Numbered from the stretch's first letter, positions 51,046 to 61,536 are shown. The stretch: 64,000 nucleotides of DNA from Gemmatimonas sp. (GCA_965279375.1 OZ257156.1:1184001-1248000), one strand, 5' to 3'. Program-made: numbers and translations. The notes: generated by a model from the letters alone, not told the origin.

Positions 51046-52104
51046 TCAGGGCTTCGCGGCCGCCGGAGGCGTGAGCGGCTTCGCCGCATCGGCACCCTGC
51101 AGCATGTCGTCGAGCGCGTGGAACGTCCCCGCGCGCAGGAGTGCACCAACCGAATCGCTCGCCGCGATCGCCGTGGCCGGAACGCGCGCAACCATCGCGG
51201 CATCCGGATTGAGCACCAGCCGCACCACATCGTCCTTCACGCCAAGGCTGATCACGCGCCCCTGAAATCCGCCCGCCTTCACCTCACGCCCGACGATCAT
51301 GAACGCCTTGCGCAGATCGATCACGACGGAGCCCACGATGACATCTGGTGCGACGCTGTTCTGATCGGCGTTGGTGCCAAAGGCCAGCACCTTCTTTTCG
51401 CGCGCCGCCTGAAAGACACCCAGTCCCGCCGCATCCGCGTTCTGAAAAAGCACGTCGGCTCCGCGCGATATCTGTGCGAGCGCCTGCTCCTTCCCCGCGC
51501 TGACGTCATCCCAGTTGCCGATGAACGAGGTCAGCACCTGCACCTTGGGATTGACCGACTTCGCTCCGCGCTCGAACGCCGCAAAGCTGGCCTTCACTGG
51601 TGGCAGCTCCGTACCAGCGATCAGCCCCAACGTGTTCGACTTGGTCATCGCCCCAGCGATCATCCCGGCCTGATACGACGCCTCCTCAAAAAGGAAGCTG
51701 ATCCCCGCGACATTCGGCGCAGTCACTCGGCCTGACGTCACGATGTACGTGGTCTTCGGAAACGACGGCGCAATGCGCGTGGCGGCGTCCTGGAATTCGA
51801 AGCCATGTCCCACGACCATGTCGTAGCCCTGGGTGCCGTACTGTCGGAAGTTCTCGTCGAACTCCGCCGGCGTCTTGGTCTGGATGTGCGAGATCTCCGC
51901 GCCGAGCGAATCCCGTAGCGCCACCAGCCCATCGTAGGCGCCGCCATTCCACGACTTGTCGGTGATCGGCCCGGGCGTCAGCAGGGCGACGCGAAATTTC
52001 TTCGCGCCGGCGCTGTCCGCGGTGGCCGCGCTCTCACCCTTCCCGCAAGCCACGGCCGCCAGCAACGAGGCCATAGCGACACCCTTCACGATAGTATGAC
52101 GCAT
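51046..52104 (-). CDS. BMP family ABC substrate-binding lipoprotein
   Basis: AVAC lipobox, DKSWN, ASYQAG, GADV. Confidence 0.9.
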   Translation of the reverse strand: MRHTIVKGVAMASLLAAVACGKGESAATADSAGAKKFRVALLTPGPITDKSWNGGAYDGLVALRDSLGAEISHIQTKTPAEFDENFRQYGTQGYDMVVGHGFEFQDAATRIAPSFPKTTYIVTSGRVTAPNVAGISFLFEEASYQAGMIAGAMTKSNTLGLIAGTELPPVKASFAAFERGAKSVNPKVQVLTSFIGNWDDVSAGKEQALAQISRGADVLFQNADAAGLGVFQAAREKKVLAFGTNADQNSVAPDVIVGSVVIDLRKAFMIVGREVKAGGFQGRVISLGVKDDVVRLVLNPDAAMVARVPATAIAASDSVGALLRAGTFHALDDMLQGADAAKPLTPPAAAKP

Positions 52105-52171
52105 AGTGGTGCTATACTGGCTCATAAGTGGCTTGTGTATGAGTCGAAGATTGTCAGTTACGATCGCTTCG

Positions 52172-53140
52172 TCAGTCGAGCGAAACACCGATGACGTCCA
52201 GCAGACGCTCGAGGTCGTCGTTCGAGAAGAACGCAATACGCACCTCTCCGCGATCCCGCGCCGTCAAATGAATCTGCACACCAGTCTGCAGCTTCTTCCG
52301 CAGCAGCTCCTCAATACGCCGCACCTCAGCCGTCGACGCAGTCGGCGCCGCCGTTGCCGCGGGCGCCGCGTTTGGCTTGCGGCCAGATGCCGGTGGCTTG
52401 GGGCGACCTGCCTGCACTCGCCGCTCCACCTCCCGCACAGACAACCCCTGCTCCGCCACCTCACGCGCCAGATCGGTAATCGCACGCTCGTTCCCCAACG
52501 GCAGCATCGCACGCGCATGCCCGGCCGATAGCTGCTTCTCCTGCAGCAATCGCCGCACCGATGCCGGCAGCTGCCTGAGCCGCAACGCATTCGCCACGGT
52601 CGACCGATCCTTCCCCACCACGTCCGCCACTTCCTGCTGCGACAGCGCGAACACCTCCATCATCCGGTGATAGCCGTCCGCCTCTTCAATCGGATCGAGG
52701 TCCGATCGCTGCAGGTTCTCGACCATCGCCAACGTCAGGAGCGTCTTGTCGTCTGTCTCCCGAACGACGGCAGGAATCTCCGTCCACCCCAAACGCGTCG
52801 CCGCTCGAAAGCGACGCTCGCCAGCGATCAACTCAAAGCCGCTGCCGTTGGGCGCCGGCCGCACGGTGATCGGCTGCAGCAGTCCGTTCACGCGCAGGCT
52901 CGCCTCGAGATCCGCCAGCTCCTCCGGCCGGAATTCCTGGCGCGGCTGATACGGGTTCGCGCGAATGTCCGAAATCTTCAAAGTGCGCAGCGCGCTCTTC
53001 GGATCTTGTTCGGTAGCGCCACGCTCCACGACAACAACCTCTTCCGCCTTTCCCTCCGCTCGTGCCGGCTCTCGGCGGGCTAGCAAGGCATCGAGGCCAC
53101 GTCCCAATCGGCGCGGCGGATCCTGCGGCGGCGGATTCAT
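52172..53140 (-). CDS. parB: Chromosome partitioning protein ParB
   Basis: NPYQPR, GLLQP, AGERRFRA, ENLQR, HTH GKDRSTVANALRL. Confidence 0.97.
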   Translation of the reverse strand: MNPPPQDPPRRLGRGLDALLARREPARAEGKAEEVVVVERGATEQDPKSALRTLKISDIRANPYQPRQEFRPEELADLEASLRVNGLLQPITVRPAPNGSGFELIAGERRFRAATRLGWTEIPAVVRETDDKTLLTLAMVENLQRSDLDPIEEADGYHRMMEVFALSQQEVADVVGKDRSTVANALRLRQLPASVRRLLQEKQLSAGHARAMLPLGNERAITDLAREVAEQGLSVREVERRVQAGRPKPPASGRKPNAAPAATAAPTASTAEVRRIEELLRKKLQTGVQIHLTARDRGEVRIAFFSNDDLERLLDVIGVSLD

Positions 53141-53970
53141 GCGACGTCCGGCGTTGAGGTAGAGGTCGTCGTCGTCGTCGGCAGCGCGAAGCCTTCAGCG
53201 CGCAGACGGTCCTTCTCGAGCAGCTCACGCGCCACAGCCATATAGGCCTGCGCACCCACCGACGCCACATCGTATACCACGATCGGCTTCCCGAAGCTGG
53301 GCGCTTCTGCCAATCGGATGTTCCTCGGCACCACAGTCTGAAACACCCGGTCGCCAAAGTGCTCGCGCGCATCCGTCGCCACCTGGCGCGACAGGTTCAG
53401 GCGCGCGTCGTACATCGTCAGTAACACGCTATCCACGTGCAGCTCCGGATTGAGCGACTCCTGCACCCGCTGCACCGTGGCCAGCAGCTGTGAAATCCCC
53501 TCGAGCGCGAAGTACTCGCACTGCAACGGAATCAGCAGCGCGTCGGCCGCCACCAGCATGTTGAGCGTGATCAGCGTCAGCGAGGGCGGACAGTCGATCA
53601 GGATGTAGTCGTAGCGATCCCGAATAGGCGCGAGGACACGCTGCATGCGGAAGACGCGCTCCGGGTCGTCCACCAGCTCTACTTCGGCGCCCGCCAAATC
53701 TGGCGTCGCCGGCAGGATGTCGAGGTGGCGGAAGTGCACGCCCCGTACGATGGCGTCGTCGATCGTCGCATCGCCGATAAGCACATCGTAGGTCGTCGCC
53801 TTGAAGCCGTCGCGCGAGAGACCCGACCCGCTCGTCGCATTACCCTGCGGATCGGCGTCGATGAGGAGGACGCGCTTTTCAGCGACGGCGAGAGAGGCCG
53901 CGAGGTTCACGGCGGTGGTCGTCTTGCCGACTCCACCCTTCTGATTGGCGATTGCGAGAATGCGACCCAC
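53137..53970 (-). CDS. parA: Chromosome partitioning ATPase ParA/Soj
   Basis: NQKGGVGKTT, DPQGN, DCPP, EAPSFG; GTG at 53970. Confidence 0.97.
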   Translation of the reverse strand: MGRILAIANQKGGVGKTTTAVNLAASLAVAEKRVLLIDADPQGNATSGSGLSRDGFKATTYDVLIGDATIDDAIVRGVHFRHLDILPATPDLAGAEVELVDDPERVFRMQRVLAPIRDRYDYILIDCPPSLTLITLNMLVAADALLIPLQCEYFALEGISQLLATVQRVQESLNPELHVDSVLLTMYDARLNLSRQVATDAREHFGDRVFQTVVPRNIRLAEAPSFGKPIVVYDVASVGAQAYMAVARELLEKDRLRAEGFALPTTTTTSTSTPDVA

Positions 53971-54115
53971 GGAGACACTGGGGCGATGAGGGAGAGTGCC
54001 GGCAGCGAGGCGATCGCGAAGGACCGCCGTTCGGGCCGTGGTGCGGGGAGGTGTAGTATAGGAGCGCCGACTGACTCCGACCATCACCAAAAGCATGCAT
54101 TTCGGGCGATGTGGA

Positions 54116-54131
54116 CGTTTCACGTGGAACA
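54116..54131. promoter_or_regulatory. parS site
   Basis: CGTTTCACGTGGAACA, one mismatch to TGTTTCACGTGGAACA, upstream of parA. Confidence 0.88.
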
Positions 54132-54180
54132 GTGTGGGAAACGCACAATCGTGAGTGGCTCAGAATGGCGCCGCGAGGCG

Positions 54181-54216
54181 AAAACGCCGTCCCCGCGGCT
54201 GCGAGGACGGCGTTTT
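54181..54216. terminator. Bidirectional intrinsic terminator-like hairpin
   Basis: AAAACGCCGTCC-ccgcggctgcga-GGACGGCGTTTT. Confidence 0.7.
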
Positions 54217-54263
54217 GTGTGGGTCTATGCTTCTTTCCGCAGGCTCCGGTGTCACGCGGGTGG

Positions 54264-54279
54264 TGTTGCACATGAAACA
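54264..54279. promoter_or_regulatory. Second, degenerate parS site
   Basis: TGTTGCACATGAAACA, two mismatches to the parS consensus. Confidence 0.65.
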
Positions 54280-54380
54280 CCATCTCCAGGAGCTTCTCTT
54301 CGCGCTGCCCTGCCGCTCCCGCTCCTACGGCACCGATCGATCCAATCCAACCTGTCCGCTGCTCCTCGTTTCCCTGTGTC

Positions 54381-55133
54381 CTAGCGGTTGAACTTCCAGC
54401 GCGTCGAGACGGTGACGGACACGGTAGACAGTCCTTCGGACAGCGGCGTCGGCGCGGCATCGGCGACTTCGCGCTTGGCCATCATCGCCATCATCGGGCG
54501 CGGCTCCGGGCGCTCGAACTCGCTGACGTTGAGCTCGAGGAGATCGCCGAGTGCGCCACCCGCGGCCTTGGCGGCCACTTCAGCTTGGCGACGTGCGGAT
54601 TCGACGGCCTTGGTCAGCGCGGCGTCGCGCGCCTTGGACGGATCCTTGACGATGAAGTCGAGCGAGTTCACCTGGTTGGCGCCGTTGGCGAGAGCGGCGT
54701 CGATGATGGGTCCGGCCTGCTCGAGCTTGTCGCTCTCGACCTGTACGACGTTGCTGACGGTGTAGCCGTCGATCACGACGCGCTGGAGCTTGGCGTCGTA
54801 GCGTTGGTTGGGGGCGACGCTGTAGTTGAGGGTGGTGATCTGTGTTGCGGCCACGCCCAGCGCGCGGATGGCGTTCAGAATGGCGGTCTGCTTCTTGTTG
54901 TTTTCCTGCGCCGCGAGTGCGGCCGTCTTGGACTGCGTCTGAACGCCTAGCTGTACGCGGGCACGGTCGGGCGCAACCTGCTCTTCGCCACGCGCGGAAA
55001 CGGTGATCTGTGGAGCAGCTACTGGCGTCATCTGGGCGTGGGCGGTGGTGGCGATGGTGACGGTGCTGGCGAGCGCGAATGCTCCCGCGACGGCGAGACG
55101 CATGATCTGACGGTTTGTATATGAACGGTTCAT
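54381..55133 (-). CDS. SIMPL (DUF541) domain periplasmic protein
   Basis: GGAGGG RBS; signal peptide; ITVSARG...APD, GY.VSN, GANQV, ARRQA. Confidence 0.88.
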   Translation of the reverse strand: MNRSYTNRQIMRLAVAGAFALASTVTIATTAHAQMTPVAAPQITVSARGEEQVAPDRARVQLGVQTQSKTAALAAQENNKKQTAILNAIRALGVAATQITTLNYSVAPNQRYDAKLQRVVIDGYTVSNVVQVESDKLEQAGPIIDAALANGANQVNSLDFIVKDPSKARDAALTKAVESARRQAEVAAKAAGGALGDLLELNVSEFERPEPRPMMAMMAKREVADAAPTPLSEGLSTVSVTVSTRWKFNR

Positions 55134-55647
55134 AACCCCTCCGATTTGTTCGTGGTGACTCGTGGAATCCGCAACTCTGCTGCTTCTACATAGATGCGGA
55201 ATGCGTACGACGTGACTTGCGCCGGCGAGCCACTGCCCGCGGCGACTCCGGCGAAGGCAGTTCGTACAGGAGACGTCGCACGTCGACAAACTTGCACATC
55301 GGGTATCGCTGTGTGTGTCGCTCCCTCACTACGCCATTGGGCAGGTGTTGTGCCGAAGCGCCGTGTCTGCGCACTGCAGCGTGTCCGGAGATAGCCGCCG
55401 AGTTCGCCGAGGCTGTCCGCTGAGCCAGGCGGTACGGTTCCGCCGAGCGGGTATGGGATCGGTTAATTAAACTCACTATCGCGCCACTAAGACGACACCA
55501 TAAGATCTTAGTGTAGCATGATGTGCATTCTGTACGTCAACGGCGAACCCGGCTGAACAGCGTCCATCGTCGCGATCTCGTCGTTGGCCCGACGGGATTT
55601 CGTATCTGCGCGCCCAACGCGGGCGATCACCGGACGGCTACGGACGG

Positions 55648-57609
55648 CTACTGCCGGTCCGCGTGTTCAGCGGCTCCGCGGCGCCGACGCTCCAGCTCGA
55701 TTACCAGGTTCTGTAGATCGGCAGGCGTGACGCCGGGTATCTGTGAGGCCTGGGCCAGCGTCAGCGGGCGGGCCGCGCTCAGCTTGTGCCGAGCTTCCGT
55801 GGAGAGCGAGAGCATGACCGCGTAGTCGAGATCGGGCGCGAGTGACATGGCGCCCTTCGCGCGCAGTCGATCGGCGCGCGTGCGTTCGCGCTTGAGATAG
55901 TCGCCGTACTTGATCTCGAGTTCTGCGCCAACGACTGCGTCGGGCGACAACTCCGCGCCAACACCGGTCGCATCGAACAGCGATTGCAGCGACACACCGG
56001 TGCGCTTGGCCAACTCGACTGCGCGAACTGCGTGTGCGAGTGGCGGCGATTGCAGCGCGTCGAGAATCGGTGCGGCGTGCGCGGGCGTCACACTCGTTTC
56101 CGCTGCGAGTGCGTGCGCGGTGCGAACGGCGGCGAGTCGCGCGTCGACGATGTCGCGCTCCTCCATCGTATGAAGTCCGGCGTCGTCGGCAATCTGATGC
56201 AGGCGCGCGAGCGCGTTGTCCTGTCGAACAGTCAAACGGAACTCACTGCGCGACGTGAAGAGTCGATATGGTTCATCGACGCCGCGCATGACGAGATCAT
56301 CGACGAGCACGCCGATGTAGCTCGTCTCGCGTCCCAGTACGATTGGCTCGCGCTCCTGTGTCCAACGTGCCGCGTTGAGTCCTGCAATCACGCCCTGCCC
56401 TGCCGCTTCTTCATAGCCCGTCGTGCCATTCACCTGCCCGGCGAACCAGAGTCCATGCAGCGCGCGTGATTGCAGCGTGATGTCGAGCTGAGTAGGCGGA
56501 TAGTAGTCGTACTCGATCGCATAACCGGCGCGCGTCATGCGCACGTCTTCGAGTCCCTTCACCGTGCGCATCACGTCGAGCTGCACGGGTGCAGGCAACG
56601 ACGTGGAGAGTCCGTTGACGTACAACTCGTGCGTGTCGTGTCCTTCGGGCTCGAGATACAACTGATGGCGTTCGGCGTCGGGGAACTTCACCACCTTGTC
56701 TTCGACGCTTGGGCAATAGCGCGGGCCGCGCGACGCGATGGCACCGCCGTACATTGCCGACTCCGCGATGTGATCGCTGATGAGCTGTTTGCCGGCCTGT
56801 TCGAGATGCGTGATCCAGCAGAGCATCTGCGCGGGATGTCGCGTGCGATCGCCAACGCGTCGCGGACTAGTCCAGAAGTGCGACCAGTCGTAGTTGAACG
56901 TTTCGATCTCGCTGTGCTGCTCTTCGAGCGTATCGAATGCGACGCTGCGACCATCGATGCGCGGTGGCGTACCGGTCTTGAAGCGCGCCGTGGTGAGTCC
57001 CACCGCGTCGAGCTGTTCGCCCAGGTGCACTGACGCGGCCTCGCCCGCGCGTCCGCCGCTGATCGCCGTGTCGGTGCCGATGTGCAGTTTGCCGCGCCCG
57101 AACGTTCCGGTGGTGAGCACGACCGCGCGTGCGCCGAATCGGCGCCCTTCGAGCGTTTCGACGCCGTGCACGGATTGGCCGTCTGGCGATAGGAGCAGCC
57201 GTGCGACCATCCCCTGAATTGTCGTCAGGTTGGGCTGCGCCTCGAGCAGCGTGCGCACCGCGCGTCGATACAGACCGCGATCGCATTGTGCGCGCGGTGC
57301 CCAGACGGCGGGGCCTTTGCCGCGATTGAGCATGCGGAACTGAACAGAGGCCAGATCGGTGGCGCGTGCGATGATGCCGCCCAGGGCGTCGACTTCGCGG
57401 ACGACGGTGCCCTTGGCGATGCCGCCGATGGCCGGATTGCAGGAGAGCTGGCCGATCTGCTCGAGGGCGCCGGTGACGAGGGCGACCTGTGCGCCGGAGC
57501 GGGCGGCGGCGACGGCGGCTTCGGTGCCGGCGTGTCCGCCGCCGATGACGATGACGTCGAAGGTGGCTTCGACGGCGGCGCTGGCGGGGTGCGAGAGGCG
57601 GTCGCTCAT
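55648..57609 (-). CDS. mnmG: tRNA modification enzyme MnmG (GidA)
   Basis: GGGHAGTEAA, SCNPAIGG, GPRYCPSVEDK, AGQVNGTTGYEEAA. Confidence 0.98.
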   Translation of the reverse strand: MSDRLSHPASAAVEATFDVIVIGGGHAGTEAAVAAARSGAQVALVTGALEQIGQLSCNPAIGGIAKGTVVREVDALGGIIARATDLASVQFRMLNRGKGPAVWAPRAQCDRGLYRRAVRTLLEAQPNLTTIQGMVARLLLSPDGQSVHGVETLEGRRFGARAVVLTTGTFGRGKLHIGTDTAISGGRAGEAASVHLGEQLDAVGLTTARFKTGTPPRIDGRSVAFDTLEEQHSEIETFNYDWSHFWTSPRRVGDRTRHPAQMLCWITHLEQAGKQLISDHIAESAMYGGAIASRGPRYCPSVEDKVVKFPDAERHQLYLEPEGHDTHELYVNGLSTSLPAPVQLDVMRTVKGLEDVRMTRAGYAIEYDYYPPTQLDITLQSRALHGLWFAGQVNGTTGYEEAAGQGVIAGLNAARWTQEREPIVLGRETSYIGVLVDDLVMRGVDEPYRLFTSRSEFRLTVRQDNALARLHQIADDAGLHTMEERDIVDARLAAVRTAHALAAETSVTPAHAAPILDALQSPPLAHAVRAVELAKRTGVSLQSLFDATGVGAELSPDAVVGAELEIKYGDYLKRERTRADRLRAKGAMSLAPDLDYAVMLSLSTEARHKLSAARPLTLAQASQIPGVTPADLQNLVIELERRRRGAAEHADRQ

Positions 57610-57732
57610 ACCATACTCATACCGTGATCGTACTCGTGCTCATGGACTCGAAGCTAACCGAGGGCCGCGCGTTGGTACCACGCGCGCTGAGCGGCGTCTA
57701 TGCTTCCCGGTGACCTTTCACCAACGCCCAAC

Positions 57733-58029
57733 ATGCCGACGACGCTTTCGCACACCGCGCCCACGCTGTTCATCCGGAAGTCCGCGTTCGAGCGGGCGAA
57801 TCTGTCGCGCCAGGCATTCGACGAGCTGTTGGGGCTGACGCCCGACGAGTTCGTGGTGGATGGCGGACTCGTCGTGATCGGTCCGCTCGTCGGGGAGTCG
57901 GCGTTGACGGAGCTCATCGACCTGCTCGAGGGGGCGGGGCTCGTCTACTTCGACGACTTTTTCGAGCTGAGCGGCAATTGGCCGGAGTGGCTGCGTTTGG
58001 TGGCGATGAGCGGCGGCCGCGAGGGGTAG
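57733..58029 (+). CDS. Small acidic hypothetical protein
   Basis: Typical codon usage; GLVYFDDFFELSGNWPEWL. Confidence 0.65.
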   Translation: MPTTLSHTAPTLFIRKSAFERANLSRQAFDELLGLTPDEFVVDGGLVVIGPLVGESALTELIDLLEGAGLVYFDDFFELSGNWPEWLRLVAMSGGREG

Positions 58030-58325
58030 AAGCGGGCGGGTTCGCTGCGCCGGAGGACGCCTTCCCAGCCGCAGCCGAGGCACCAGCTGCGGCGGAAGCG
58101 CGGTCCGAGGATTTTCCACCAGCCATCGCGGGCGATCGGGAGCGTGACCGAGTCGCAGATGGGGCAGCAATCGCCGTCGGGGATCATGGCGATGAACATC
58201 TTGGTCGCCATCCATATAGTGGCGAATCGGATCGCGACGAAGACGCCGGCGAAGAGCAGGGCGTCGGTCCATGTCCAGCTTCCGGCGATGGTCTTGCCGA
58301 CGATCGCGGTGATGTCTGGAGTCAT
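57945..58325 (-). CDS. Hypothetical membrane protein with Zn-ribbon
   Basis: One TM then CPIC...CLGCGW; 3' end overlaps the convergent gene by 85 nt. Confidence 0.55.
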   Translation of the reverse strand: MTPDITAIVGKTIAGSWTWTDALLFAGVFVAIRFATIWMATKMFIAMIPDGDCCPICDSVTLPIARDGWWKILGPRFRRSWCLGCGWEGVLRRSEPARFYPSRPPLIATKRSHSGQLPLSSKKSSK

Positions 58326-58353
58326 GGGGTACGTCGGCGTGTGTGTCGCTGGG

Positions 58354-58917
58354 CTACAGGCGCGCTTCGACGCGCGACCACAGTTCCACGTACGCGACGC
58401 CCGCTTCGACGCGATCGATGCAGACGTCGGCAGCGTCCCCGATGGCGGAATCGTCGAGGGAGCGCGCGGGGAGCGGATACGTCTGTCCGTCGAGCAGATA
58501 CTGGATGGTGCCCGTGCCGTTGGCCGGGATGTCGCTCGTCGTGCGTCCGATGGTGCCTTGCAGCAGGTAGCGCTCATCGACGTGTTCGGCGCGTGCACTG
58601 GGAATGGCCCAGCGTGCGATCAGCACTACCTGCAATGCCATGGCACCACCGCCGGCGAGCGTCGCGATTACGATCTGTGCAGCGATCGGAAGTTCGGTGT
58701 GGCGCGTGACGAGATACGCGGTGAGTCCGAAGGCGAAGCTGAAGGCCGCGAGCGACGCGAGGTTAAAGAACGGCGACGGTTCCGCGGCGGGGTTGTGCTC
58801 GTTGCGACGTTCGTGCGGGGCGACCGCCGTGGCGACCTGACGCTCGGTGCCATAGAGCATGGCGAACACGCCGAGTACGAGTCCGGTCGTGAGGAGGACG
58901 AGCGAGAGGGGGAGCAC
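58354..58917 (-). CDS. NfeD-like membrane protein (TM helices plus OB-fold)
   Basis: Three TMs, then G..G.....IP..G.G.I.Y...G....PARS. Confidence 0.7.
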   Translation of the reverse strand: MLPLSLVLLTTGLVLGVFAMLYGTERQVATAVAPHERRNEHNPAAEPSPFFNLASLAAFSFAFGLTAYLVTRHTELPIAAQIVIATLAGGGAMALQVVLIARWAIPSARAEHVDERYLLQGTIGRTTSDIPANGTGTIQYLLDGQTYPLPARSLDDSAIGDAADVCIDRVEAGVAYVELWSRVEARL

Positions 58918-59142
58918 GGGGAGAGGCAGGCCGAGTGGTTAGTGGAGAAGGAATACGATGCGATGCGGTCGATGTACGACTGGACCGTGTCGCCGGACCC
59001 TATCAACAGATGCGCGACCTGAATGGTTCGACCACGGGTCGGGGTGGTTCGAATCGCGCGTCGGCGACTGCGGCGCTGTTGGATCGTAGTGTCCGAACCG
59101 GCGTGGTGCCATGGACCGGGCGATCCGAGCGCGGGCGGCGTC

Positions 59143-60153
59143 TCAGCGTGCGGTGAGCTGCCGGGCGGCGAAGTGCTGGGCGAGGAACTCTGCCGCGCGC
59201 CATTCGCCGTAGTACCACGGGTTCCAGGGCCAGCGGCCGGCGGTGAAGCCGACGTGTCCGCCGCGGTCGGGGAACTCGAGTGTGAGGGCGGGATTGTCGG
59301 CGGCGATGTGGCGGACGTCGTCGAGGACCGCTGGGGGGAGGAACGGGTCGTCTACCGCACTCAATAGAAGGGTCGGGAGCCGGATGCCGTGCAGGAACGA
59401 GAGGGCGCTTGCTCTGGCGTAGTAGTCGGCGGCGTCGGCGAAGCCGTGGAGTGGGGCGGTGAACTGGTCGTCGAACTCCCAAAGGGTGCGGGCGTTGGAG
59501 ACCGCTCTGAGCGGCGCGAGCTCCGGGTGGCGGTCGATCTTGCTGAGTGCTTTGGGGATGAGGGAGCGCAGGAACGACCATTCGTAGATGGCGCCAAAGC
59601 CTTGTCCGATTTTGCGGGAGGCGCGCGCGAGGTCGAAGGGGACGGACATTGCGACCGCGCCGGCCACCTGCGCTGGCAGGGTGTCCTGGCTCTCTCCCAG
59701 CAGTTTGCAGAGGACGTTCCCGCCGAGCGATACGCCCATGAGCCCAAGTGGTGCGTTGGGGAACTGGGAGATCAGGTGGCGGATGACGTGGGCCGCGTCG
59801 GTGGTTTCGCCGGAGTGGTAGGAGCGTGGGAGGCGGTTGGGGGTGGGTCCGCAGGTGCGGAAGAGGAGCAGGTCGGCGCCCCAGCCTCGATGTTGGGCTT
59901 CGCGGAAGGTGGCGCGGACGTAGTGCGAGTGCAGTCCGCCTTCGAGTCCGTGGAGGAGGAGGAGTCGAGGGGCGTCGGGGGGTATGGGGATCGCGGGGGT
60001 CAGCCGTGCAAGCTGGACGAAGTCGCCGTCGGGGGTGTCGAGGCGATGGAGCTGCACTGGCGGGGTTGGTTCGCGCCGGCCGACGCGCCCCCAGAGCGTC
60101 GCGGTGTGCGGGTCGGGGAGCCACCACGCGGGGCGATAGGATTTCGTGTGCAT
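59143..60153 (-). CDS. YheT-like alpha/beta hydrolase
   Basis: PH..TLW, DGD, LHGLEG, GVSLGG, DDPF, GGHVGF. Confidence 0.9.
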   Translation of the reverse strand: MHTKSYRPAWWLPDPHTATLWGRVGRREPTPPVQLHRLDTPDGDFVQLARLTPAIPIPPDAPRLLLLHGLEGGLHSHYVRATFREAQHRGWGADLLLFRTCGPTPNRLPRSYHSGETTDAAHVIRHLISQFPNAPLGLMGVSLGGNVLCKLLGESQDTLPAQVAGAVAMSVPFDLARASRKIGQGFGAIYEWSFLRSLIPKALSKIDRHPELAPLRAVSNARTLWEFDDQFTAPLHGFADAADYYARASALSFLHGIRLPTLLLSAVDDPFLPPAVLDDVRHIAADNPALTLEFPDRGGHVGFTAGRWPWNPWYYGEWRAAEFLAQHFAARQLTAR

Positions 60154-60273
60154 CGCGAAGGAGGATACAGGCATAGATTGGCGCGTGGCTATAGCATGAG
60201 CTCTGGTGAAGCTTATGCGCGCGCCGATGCGCCTGACGTTGCGCCTTTTCTCTCCTGACCCGTACCCCTCGCC

Positions 60274-61536
60274 ATGCTGCAGCGTCTCGCCCGAAACCTG
60301 ACCGTGCAGGTGTTGTTTGCCGTGACCTGTGGCGTGTTGCTTGGCGTATTCAATCCGGCGTTCGCGAAGCAGCTCAAGCCGATCGGCGACACGTTCGTGA
60401 ATCTCGTGAAGATGGTGATCACGCCCATCATTTTTCTCACGATCGTTCACGGCATCGCGTCGATGGCTGATCTGAGTCGGCTGGGGCGTGTGGGCGGGAA
60501 GGCGCTGCTCTATTTCGAGATCGTGTCCACGTTCGCGTTGGCGATCGGCTTGTTTGTGGTGAATCTGACCAAGCCGGGTGCCGGGCTCGATGCGTCGGCG
60601 TTGCCAACGGGCGACATCTCGAAGTACACCGCACCTGGCGCGCAGCAGAGCACGCTGGAGTTCTTGCTGCATATCGTGCCGAGCAATGTGGTGGGGGCGT
60701 TTGCGTCCGGTGACTTGTTGCCGGTTGTGTTTTTCTCGGTGTTGTTTGGTGTCGCGTTGACTGCCGTTGGTGAATCGGGTCGTGACATTGCCGATCTGCT
60801 GGTGCGGTTGCAGGCCGTGTTTTTCAAGATCGTGGCGATCGTGATGAAGGTGGCGCCGATCGGTGCGTTTGGAGCGATGGCGTATACCATCGGGACGTTC
60901 GGGCTCAAGACGCTGTTGCCGTTGGGGCGGTTGATGCTCGACGTGTATCTGACGATGGCGGTGTTCATCTTCATCGTGCTTGGCACCATTTGCCGATTGT
61001 ACGGATTCCGGCTGCTGAAATTCCTGCGGTACATCCGCGAGGAGATTTTGCTGGTGCTGGGGACGTCGTCGTCGGAGGCGGCGTTGCCGCGCATGCTCGA
61101 AAAGCTCGAGCGATATGGTTGTGCGAAGCCCGTGGTCGGGTTGGTGATTCCCACCGGCTATTCGTTCAACCTCGATGGCACGAGCATCTATTTGTCGATG
61201 GCGGCGATTTTCATTGCGCAGGTCTATCGCGTGGACCTGACGATGACGCAGCAGCTGACGTTGTTGGGCATTCTGATGCTGACCTCCAAGGGAGCTGCTG
61301 GTGTGACCGGCTCTGGCTTCATCGTGTTGGCGAGCACGTTGGCGGCGACGAACACCGTGCCGGTGGAGGGTGTCGCGCTATTGCTCGGCGTGGACCGGTT
61401 CATGTCGGAGGCGCGCGCGATCACCAACCTGATCGGCAACGGGGTGGCGACGTTGGTGGTGTCGCGGAGCGAGGGCGCGTTCGACGATGAGAAGCGTGCG
61501 ATTGCGGAGCTGACGCCGGACGCGGTGGGGGTGTAG
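60274..61536 (+). CDS. dctA: C4-dicarboxylate:H+ symporter
   Basis: [41 protein letters not shown]. Confidence 0.95.
   Translation: MLQRLARNLTVQVLFAVTCGVLLGVFNPAFAKQLKPIGDTFVNLVKMVITPIIFLTIVHGIASMADLSRLGRVGGKALLYFEIVSTFALAIGLFVVNLTKPGAGLDASALPTGDISKYTAPGAQQSTLEFLLHIVPSNVVGAFASGDLLPVVFFSVLFGVALTAVGESGRDIADLLVRLQAVFFKIVAIVMKVAPIGAFGAMAYTIGTFGLKTLLPLGRLMLDVYLTMAVFIFIVLGTICRLYGFRLLKFLRYIREEILLVLGTSSSEAALPRMLEKLERYGCAKPVVGLVIPTGYSFNLDGTSIYLSMAAIFIAQVYRVDLTMTQQLTLLGILMLTSKGAAGVTGSGFIVLASTLAATNTVPVEGVALLLGVDRFMSEARAITNLIGNGVATLVVSRSEGAFDDEKRAIAELTPDAVGV

Noticed and set aside
55134..55647. Second oriC beside mnmG
   Set aside because: An AT-rich patch is present, but I found no DnaA boxes or trios.
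58918..59060. tRNA-like fragments (GGAGAGG..GGCCGAGTGGTT and GGTTCGAATC)
   Set aside because: About 120 nt apart, T-stem and acceptor stem do not pair, and there is no CCA end; probably chance.
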